A stretch of 64,000 nucleotides of DNA, taken from contig OZ246402.1 in NCBI GenBank assembly GCA_965230975.1, positions 1,120,859-1,184,858 on the forward strand, read 5' to 3'. Position numbers and translations under genes: made by a program. The notes under the pieces were generated by a model. That model had not been told where the DNA came from and ran no database searches. It was given only the letters and a program-made list of their open reading frames with translations. Position 1 is the first letter of the stretch. Every line of letters begins with the position of its first letter. This stretch comes from an uncultured Candidatus Saccharibacteria bacterium. Lineage in GTDB: Bacteria > Patescibacteriota > Dojkabacteria > J137. Positions 57,268-64,000 of this stretch are shown here, in pieces.

Positions 57268-59793
57268 TTATTTCTCAAACTCAAATTTAGCAACCCCTTC
57301 TTTAACAAATGCTCGTATTTTTAGAGTATTCTTTCTTTTTTGAGAGATTTTATTTTCTAACAAGAATTTTGCTAAACCATTTTGAAGAATATCCTGAACT
57401 TTTCTTCTTATATTCCTACCTCCAAATTCTTTACTGTAACCCTCATCGTTAATCTTTTGAATAACACTATCATCTACGGTAATGTAAACACCCTTAGGAA
57501 TCATTTGCAATACAAATTCATTAACCTGTTTTTTAGATATTAGCAAGCAATCTTCTTTATTTAAGCCCCTAAAGATATCTATCAAATCAATTCTATTTAA
57601 AATCTCAGGTCTCATTTGAAATCTAAGCTCCTCCATAATTTTGTCCCTCATATCTTCGTATGCACGGTCTAGCTCTTTAGTTTCAAGATCATCAATTCTA
57701 ATATCAAAACCTAGTCTAGAATCCGTTGACACATCTCTAGCTCCAATATTTGAGGTCATTATAATTATTGTATTTCTTAAAGAGACTTTCAAACCTTTTC
57801 CATCTGTAATTTCACCTTCTTCTAAAATTTGCAAAAGCAAATTTAGAACATCCGGGTGAGCCTTCTCTATTTCATCAAAAAGCACTACACAATAAGGTTT
57901 TCTTTTTACAAAAGTAGTTAATTGACCGCCATCTTGAAAACCAACATAACCTGGAGGAGAGCCTATGAGCTTGGAAACGCTATGCTGCTCCATAAATTCA
58001 CTCATATTTATTTGAAATAGCAAGTTGTCAGAACCAAACAATTCTCTTGCCAAAGATTTAGCCAACTCCGTTTTACCAACTCCTGTAGGTCCTAAAAACA
58101 AGAAGGAAGATAATGGCCTTTTATCACTATTCAAACCTAAATGAGATCTCTGTATAGCCATTGTGACCTCATCTATTATTTTTTCTTGACCAATAACCCT
58201 CTCTTTTAATTTTGGAGACAAATCTTTTAAAGACTTGTCTGAAATATCGCTTGCTGCAATTGGAATTTTTGTCCATTCTACTACAATATTTCTGATCAAT
58301 TCTGAAGTTACCGTTTTAGAGTACTTTGAGCTTGTTTTCTTTTTTCCATCTATAACATCTTCAATCTCTTTTATTACAGCATTCTCTTTATCTTTGAATT
58401 CAGATGCTTTTTTAAAATCCTTATTATTTAAAGCTTTTTGTTTTTTTTCTTGAATTTGAAGTAGCTCTTCACCCAACCTACTTAATTCCGGCTCTAAATC
58501 AATTTCTCTACCTACCTTTACGCTAGCAGCAGCCTCATCTATTAAATCAATTGCCTTATCTGGCAAGTATCTATCTTTTATATATTTATCTGATACCTCT
58601 ACAGCCGTATCTACCGCATCTAATTTAATCTTTACATTATGAAATTTTTCAAATTCGGGTACAATTGTTCTAATTACATTTTTTGCGGCATCCAAGCTTA
58701 ATTCTTCTACAAAAATCGGCTGAAACCTTCTTGCTAAAGCAGCATCTGATTCAAAGTATTTACTATATTCATCATGCGTTGTAGCACCAATAACACTTAG
58801 ATTTGAATTTGTTAAATATGGTTTTAGAATATTTGCAATATCCATACTATCTCTAGCCCCTGCAGATCCGGCCCCTACGATTGTGTGAATTTCATCAATA
58901 AACAATATTGTGTCTCCCGATTCCATGACTTCTTCTAGGATTACACTTAACCGCTCCTCTACATCTCCTCTTAAGCGTGCACCCGCCAAAATCGCGGATA
59001 TGTCTAAATTTACTACTTTTTTATTTATAAATGATGCAGGGACTTTTTTTTGAACTAAACGATTTACAAAGCCTTCTACTATTGCAGTTTTACCAACACC
59101 AGCTTCTCCAACCAAGATAGGGTTGTTTTTGGTTTTTCTTGCTAGGATGTGTATTAACCTTTTAATTTCTTGATCTCTGCCACTAATATTGGGAAAGCTA
59201 TCTTCTAAAGCTTGTTGATTCATATCTCTAGAAAAATCCTCTAGAGCATTGTCTTTAAAATCTGCAAATTCGTTAGCAACTCTTGAACCCTGAGGATTCA
59301 TTTGTCCTGGATATGTTACTGTAGAAAGCAGTGCTTTTTGCACCATTTCATAGTTTATACCCAATTTTTTCATATCTTCAATAAAGTCTACATTTTGTAA
59401 TTTAAACATAGCCAATAACAAATGTTCTGTACCTACATAGACGTTTTGAAGCTCTGAAGCAATTACAAAAGCGTTATTTATTATCTCTTTTATCTCTTCT
59501 GAAAACTGAGTTGTTATATCTATATTTGAAAGTGAATTATCTTCAAACTTGATTTTAAATTTGCTTATTGTTGTATCTATATCGATTCCGACTTTTTGAA
59601 TAATTTCGCTTACTACATTGTTTCTATCTCTTAGCATTTCATAGAATAAATGCATGGGTGTATATTGCCTAAAATTATGCTCCTGTGCTGTATCAAATCC
59701 TTTTTGAATTATGTTTCTGGCATTTAAAGTTAGTCTTTGAAAGCCTTTTGTATCTTGAGTTAATTGGTTATCCATAAGTGTTGTAGAAATCAT
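57268..59793 (-). CDS. clpC: ATP-dependent Clp protease ATPase subunit, ClpC type
   Basis: Clp_N repeats, two AAA+ modules (GEAGVGKT, GPTGVGKT), UVR-like middle domain, LGF loop. Confidence 0.9.
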   Translation of the reverse strand: MISTTLMDNQLTQDTKGFQRLTLNARNIIQKGFDTAQEHNFRQYTPMHLFYEMLRDRNNVVSEIIQKVGIDIDTTISKFKIKFEDNSLSNIDITTQFSEEIKEIINNAFVIASELQNVYVGTEHLLLAMFKLQNVDFIEDMKKLGINYEMVQKALLSTVTYPGQMNPQGSRVANEFADFKDNALEDFSRDMNQQALEDSFPNISGRDQEIKRLIHILARKTKNNPILVGEAGVGKTAIVEGFVNRLVQKKVPASFINKKVVNLDISAILAGARLRGDVEERLSVILEEVMESGDTILFIDEIHTIVGAGSAGARDSMDIANILKPYLTNSNLSVIGATTHDEYSKYFESDAALARRFQPIFVEELSLDAAKNVIRTIVPEFEKFHNVKIKLDAVDTAVEVSDKYIKDRYLPDKAIDLIDEAAASVKVGREIDLEPELSRLGEELLQIQEKKQKALNNKDFKKASEFKDKENAVIKEIEDVIDGKKKTSSKYSKTVTSELIRNIVVEWTKIPIAASDISDKSLKDLSPKLKERVIGQEKIIDEVTMAIQRSHLGLNSDKRPLSSFLFLGPTGVGKTELAKSLARELFGSDNLLFQINMSEFMEQHSVSKLIGSPPGYVGFQDGGQLTTFVKRKPYCVVLFDEIEKAHPDVLNLLLQILEEGEITDGKGLKVSLRNTIIIMTSNIGARDVSTDSRLGFDIRIDDLETKELDRAYEDMRDKIMEELRFQMRPEILNRIDLIDIFRGLNKEDCLLISKKQVNEFVLQMIPKGVYITVDDSVIQKINDEGYSKEFGGRNIRRKVQDILQNGLAKFLLENKISQKRKNTLKIRAFVKEGVAKFEFEK

Positions 59794-59816
59794 TTAACTG
59801 TAAATTTTACCACACG

Positions 59817-59843
59817 TTAGCAGGTACGCGTAAGGGGTGATAA
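59817..59843. promoter_or_regulatory. Degenerate CIRCE-like element upstream of clpC
   Basis: TTAGCAGGT-N9-GGGTGATAA versus TTAGCACTC-N9-GAGTGCTAA (13/18). Confidence 0.35.
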
Positions 59844-59891
59844 CGAGAAATTAACTCATTTTATTATGCTCCCAAGTTCTCTGCACATGGC

Positions 59892-59920
59892 AAATTATCC
59901 CACAAGCTGTGCGACAATTT
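59892..59920. promoter_or_regulatory. Imperfect inverted repeat, candidate operator
   Basis: AAATTATCCCACA-AGC-TGTGCGACAATTT (11/13). Confidence 0.45.
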
Positions 59921-59957
59921 TTAATACATTTAAATAAATCTATTGTAAAATCCTTAC

Positions 59958-60653
59958 ATGAACCGTGACTACAAACTTGAAATTCTATCTAAACTACTTA
60001 CATCCAAAGATGGTTTGCGATTTGTCGATGCAAAACCAGAAGGTATCGAAAATGATTTATATACTTACCACTTAAAGCAATTAATTAAGCTGGGGTTAGT
60101 ACGAAAATTTAAAGACAAATACTCTCTTACAAAACAAGGCAAACAATCCACTGAGGAAATAGACTTTATTGACTCTTTTAGCTTAAGAGCAGATAGATTT
60201 AAAGTTGCATCTTTATGTTTAGTTTTTGATAAAGAAAGTAAAAAAGTTCTATATCAAACCAGAACTAGGCAACCACTGTACGGTAACCAAGAAATAATTG
60301 GAGGAGGTGTTAGAAAAGGTGAGACTTTTACTGATACAGCCTCAAGACGACTTAAAGAAGAATCAGGTTTAACTGCAGACTTTAAGTGGATTGGAGTTAT
60401 TAGAAAAATTAGGTATGTAAACACCAAAGAGCTTTTTAACGATATTATTTACAATATTTGCTACACAGATACTTTTAATGGTGAACTTGAAGCAGAAAAT
60501 TCTTTTGGTAAGAATTATTGGATAGATTTAGATAAGGCTATTAAGCTGGAAAAAAGTAAAACTTTAGTAGAAACATATAAATTTTTGCAACAAAACTCTA
60601 TTCTACCACCATTTTTCACAGCCGAAGAAAAATATTTTAACTTGGGTGATTAG
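59958..60653 (+). CDS. Winged-helix plus NUDIX domain protein
   Basis: LYTYHLKQLIKLGLV...YSLTKQG wHTH; GGGVRKGE...RRLKEESGL Nudix box variant. Confidence 0.85.
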   Translation: MNRDYKLEILSKLLTSKDGLRFVDAKPEGIENDLYTYHLKQLIKLGLVRKFKDKYSLTKQGKQSTEEIDFIDSFSLRADRFKVASLCLVFDKESKKVLYQTRTRQPLYGNQEIIGGGVRKGETFTDTASRRLKEESGLTADFKWIGVIRKIRYVNTKELFNDIIYNICYTDTFNGELEAENSFGKNYWIDLDKAIKLEKSKTLVETYKFLQQNSILPPFFTAEEKYFNLGD

Positions 60654-60755
60654 CCCTTAAAATAATATTTTTATTCAGTTTAGGTTAATAAGCGTTCACT
60701 TACGCAAATATTTCTAAAGATTTAAGATTCTTGCATTAATTTTTATTTATTAATT

Positions 60756-61160
60756 ATGAATTATTTTTGCAACCCTTTAAGAGGAAAAGAAAATAGAGAT
60801 AACGTAGATGACCCGCTTACAAAAGATGTAGTTAAGTTAATTAAAGCTCTGGAAGAATTTATTTACTTAAACCATAGATGGCCAATTAATATCATAGTCG
60901 AAACTTTTAAATTGTCCCTCCTTATAGAAAATAGAGATCTTAATTTAATATCAATTTACAAAAAACTAGTTTTGAATTGGGAGTTTGCAGAATACGAGCA
61001 TCTGGATGCATTCTCTTATTATATAGAAGCTGCTATTAGGAGAGCTGATGCAATAATTGAAAATTATCCAGAAATAAGTAAAGCAGGAAAAGTTCCATTT
61101 TTAAATTTCATTTTTTTCAACTTAAATAATCGTAAAAATACTCCTTGGAGATTCGAATAA
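60756..61160 (+). CDS. Hypothetical protein
   Basis: 134-aa ORF between two NUDIX genes. Confidence 0.55.
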   Translation: MNYFCNPLRGKENRDNVDDPLTKDVVKLIKALEEFIYLNHRWPINIIVETFKLSLLIENRDLNLISIYKKLVLNWEFAEYEHLDAFSYYIEAAIRRADAIIENYPEISKAGKVPFLNFIFFNLNNRKNTPWRFE

Positions 61161-61176
61161 TTTTTTATTTTTAAAT

Positions 61177-61632
61177 ATGAATCAAGAACTACGTTTTGCG
61201 CAAAAAGGTTTAGTTTTAAATAAAGAACGAACTAAGGTTTTAGTAATTAAATACAGCTCAAATCTATACAATAATACAAAGCTAGCTGGTAAATATGCAT
61301 TACCCGGTGGAAGATTTGAATTCGGGGAAGAAGTTGACCATCAAATTATAAGAGAGGTAAAAGAAGAAACAGGAGTTATTGTAAAACCCTTACTTCCCTT
61401 TTATACCTGGACCTGGAGATACCAAAAAGAAGACATCGAAGTACAAATAGTAGCTATAGCAAGAGTATGCATTTACAAATCGGGGCAAGTAATTAAACAT
61501 GACGATTCTGAAAGCAATGTAGAGAAAGTTGAATGGATAAATGTAAGCAATTTGAACTTAGAAAATTTTGTAATAGATGAGAGACCTATAATTGAAAAGT
61601 TTTTACAGTACTCGATTCAAAGCCCTTTTTGA
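61177..61632 (+). CDS. NUDIX hydrolase
   Basis: PGGRFEFGEEVDHQIIREVKEETGV canonical Nudix box. Confidence 0.92.
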   Translation: MNQELRFAQKGLVLNKERTKVLVIKYSSNLYNNTKLAGKYALPGGRFEFGEEVDHQIIREVKEETGVIVKPLLPFYTWTWRYQKEDIEVQIVAIARVCIYKSGQVIKHDDSESNVEKVEWINVSNLNLENFVIDERPIIEKFLQYSIQSPF

Positions 61633-61773
61633 TTTAATCAACTTAGCTAACTTTGCTATTCTTTGATTTTGAAGATAGTTGGGATAATTACCATACTACC
61701 TATTAACACTACCAAAAGCACCTCGGATATAGCCCTCGGTGTAACAAACATAAAAAAGGAAACAAAGATTATT

Positions 61774-61802
61774 AAAAACTACCCCTATTTCTAGGGGTAG
61801 TT
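61774..61802 (-). terminator. Intrinsic terminator of rpsA
   Basis: Minus strand AACTACCCCTA-GAAA-TAGGGGTAGTT plus T run. Confidence 0.8.
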
Positions 61803-61888
61803 AAAATCCAAAAAGAAAGTTTTAAAGTTTAAAGATTATTAGTTATAAAAAACAAGTTTTTACATAACTAACAAGCTACCAAGGTAGC

Positions 61889-63106
61889 TTACTCTTTTGC
61901 TTCTTCAATTAGTTTATCAAGTTCTGCAAGTTCTCTTGAACCGCTTTCTTCAGATGAACCTTCTGATTTAGCTTTGATTCTCTTTAAAGATAAGCCTAAG
62001 TGTCTATCATCATGAGAAATTGAAATTATCATGACTTTAACATTATCTCCAATCTTAACAACTTGTTCTGGATCTTTGACCAGTTTGTTAGAAAGTTCGG
62101 AAATATGAATAAGACCGTTTAAGCCATCTTCTACTTTAACAAATGCACCGTAGTCTGCAATACTCTTAACTTCACCTTCAACGATTTGTCCGATCTTGTA
62201 TTTATTAACAATACTCTTCCAAGGGTCGTCTTTAAGTCTCTTAATACTGTATGCAACTCTTTTTCCGTTATCTTGAAGTCCAATAACTTGAACATCGATT
62301 TCTTGGTTAATCTTATAAAAGTCGCCTGGATTTGTTACTTTGTCCCAAGATATTTCGGACAAGTGAACCAAACCTTCTAGACCTTGTGCATTAACAAAAA
62401 GACCGAATGGTGTAATTCCAGTTACTGTTCCCTTCAAAACATCTCCAACCTTAAGACCAGTTAGTGTCTGTTTTCTTAAGTTTAGATCAGTTTCGGAATA
62501 AACTGATTTTTCGGACAAGATTACTTTATTTTTCTCCTTGTCGATTTCCATGACCTTAACTTTCAAAGTTTCTCCAATCAACTCTGCAAGTTTAGTTTGT
62601 AGCATTTTGCTTGCTTCTTCTTTTGTAGAGTAATTACCAATATTGTAAATTCTACTGTTTTGAAGTTGCGAGCTTGGAACAAATCCTCTTAAGCCTTCGG
62701 AAATTTCTACAATAACACCTCCGGTGTTTGCTTCAATTACCTTAACTTCGATTGTGCTCTCACTCTTTCTTGCCTGATCCAAATCGTGCCATCTCATAGC
62801 TGCACCAGTCTTTCGAATGGATAGCTCTACTTGGCCTTCTTCGTTTTCAGGGTTAACAACAAAGACAAGAACTTTGTCCCCTACTTTCTTTTGGATTTTT
62901 TTACCATCTAATCTCATCTCTTTACCAGAGATAATTCCTTCTGCCCTAGCGTTTACGCTAACAAGAATTTCACCATCTTTTACATTTAATACTGTAGCTT
63001 CGATGATGTCTCCTTTTTTGTAGACTTTTGGAATTTGTACATCTGACATTAGAGAATCTAATGGATGGTTTGAAGACTTAGTCTTCACTTTTTGGGATTT
63101 TGACAT
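61889..63106 (-). CDS. rpsA: 30S ribosomal protein S1 (four S1 domains)
   Basis: RGFVPSSQL, FGLFV...GLVHLSEISW, YGAFV...GLIHISEL; start placed at ATG 63106. Confidence 0.92.
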   Translation of the reverse strand: MSKSQKVKTKSSNHPLDSLMSDVQIPKVYKKGDIIEATVLNVKDGEILVSVNARAEGIISGKEMRLDGKKIQKKVGDKVLVFVVNPENEEGQVELSIRKTGAAMRWHDLDQARKSESTIEVKVIEANTGGVIVEISEGLRGFVPSSQLQNSRIYNIGNYSTKEEASKMLQTKLAELIGETLKVKVMEIDKEKNKVILSEKSVYSETDLNLRKQTLTGLKVGDVLKGTVTGITPFGLFVNAQGLEGLVHLSEISWDKVTNPGDFYKINQEIDVQVIGLQDNGKRVAYSIKRLKDDPWKSIVNKYKIGQIVEGEVKSIADYGAFVKVEDGLNGLIHISELSNKLVKDPEQVVKIGDNVKVMIISISHDDRHLGLSLKRIKAKSEGSSEESGSRELAELDKLIEEAKE

Positions 63107-63206
63107 AAAATTTTTAAAACCTAGAGTTTGATTTTCCTCTGTTGAGGATGCTCTAAATTCCTTTCTATGCAAGGGAGATTATAGCATGGTTTTTAGTTTA
63201 TTTAAA

Positions 63207-64000
63207 TCACCGTCCCGGAGCAGCGTTTCTTAAAAATTCCCCTAATCTTCCAAAGAGATTACTGCTCTTTTTAGGCTGAGACCTCTTTATCCATTCTAAA
63301 TCTCCTTCAGAAACCTCAAAAGCCACAGGGTCTTGAGGAGAAGGATTCTCATATTTAACTTTCACCATTTTTCCATCTGAAGTTTTTCTTTCAACAATAA
63401 CCACTCGATTATCGTACATAAGTCGCGCACCCGGAAGGACAAATCCAGACTTGACCTCCTTAGCACTTTCAGTAGATGACTTTGGAGTAATTTGATTTAC
63501 ACCATCCCTTTGAGATAAATTTTGACCTAGCGCAAGTCCAGTTTCGGGATCAATTGGTGTAGCTGTTTGTTCAGGTAATCTTGACGGTTCTCCTGTAATA
63601 AAATTATTGTTTTCAGGATTACTCCTAAATTCAACAGGCGAGAGGTATTGAAGCCTACTGTCCAAAGCGGGGTACCCCATGTCTAAAAATTGAACTATTC
63701 TATTCATGATATCCGTTGATAGGAATTCAAAATCAGTAGATTTTGTATCATTGGAGAGTAAAAACCTATTAAAGGTGCCTAATATTCCATCTGCTTGATA
63801 AATAAGGAAGTAAGGGTTCTTGTTTATACCTTCCTCTGTTTCAGCAGAAAGGCGACTTTCAACAACTTCGATTCTTGAAGATACCGCATTATACTTCAAG
63901 GTTAAATTATTTCTTACCTGACCACTATCACCATCTGTTGACTCTACACTTATCGTAATAGAGATAATTCCCTGACTTGAATCTTGAAGTATATATCTTA
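63207..64000 (-). CDS. Hypothetical protein, 5' end beyond window
   Basis: Frame of the 230-aa track ORF stays open to the window edge. Confidence 0.65.
   Translation of the reverse strand, partial: RYILQDSSQGIISITISVESTDGDSGQVRNNLTLKYNAVSSRIEVVESRLSAETEEGINKNPYFLIYQADGILGTFNRFLLSNDTKSTDFEFLSTDIMNRIVQFLDMGYPALDSRLQYLSPVEFRSNPENNNFITGEPSRLPEQTATPIDPETGLALGQNLSQRDGVNQITPKSSTESAKEVKSGFVLPGARLMYDNRVVIVERKTSDGKMVKVKYENPSPQDPVAFEVSEGDLEWIKRSQPKKSSNLFGRLGEFLRNAAPGR

Overview
AT-rich bacterial chromosome segment, standard genetic code (tRNA-Trp CCA, TGA used as stop). Gene content and divergence point to a Patescibacteria/CPR organism, possibly Dojkabacteria-like (inference). Most of the window is housekeeping: pilT/pilB, gyrBA, ruvCAB-yebC, dnaB, prfA, rpsF-ssb-rpsR, dnaX-ybaB-recR, rpsB-tsf-frr-rseP, topA-dprA, comEA/comEC, rpmG-secE-nusG-rplKAJL, ndk, rho, clpC, rpsA and six tRNAs. 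No CRISPR, rRNA or mobile element was seen. Main observations: (1) genes lack Shine-Dalgarno sequences except rpsU, which has AAGGAGGTG, suggesting Bacteroidota-like anti-SD sequestration with bS21 autoregulation; (2) a six-gene cluster with a 7TM protein, three ATP-grasp ligases (one fused to an aspartyl protease) and two GT2 enzymes in mirror arrangement; (3) an unassigned ~93-nt rod-like RNA behind a perfect TTGACA/TATAAT promoter upstream of rho; (4) a 1-kb spacer holding both DnaA boxes and a dif-like site; (5) a tRNA-Tyr with the archaeal/eukaryotic C1-G72 pair. All calls are by eye; no database search was run.
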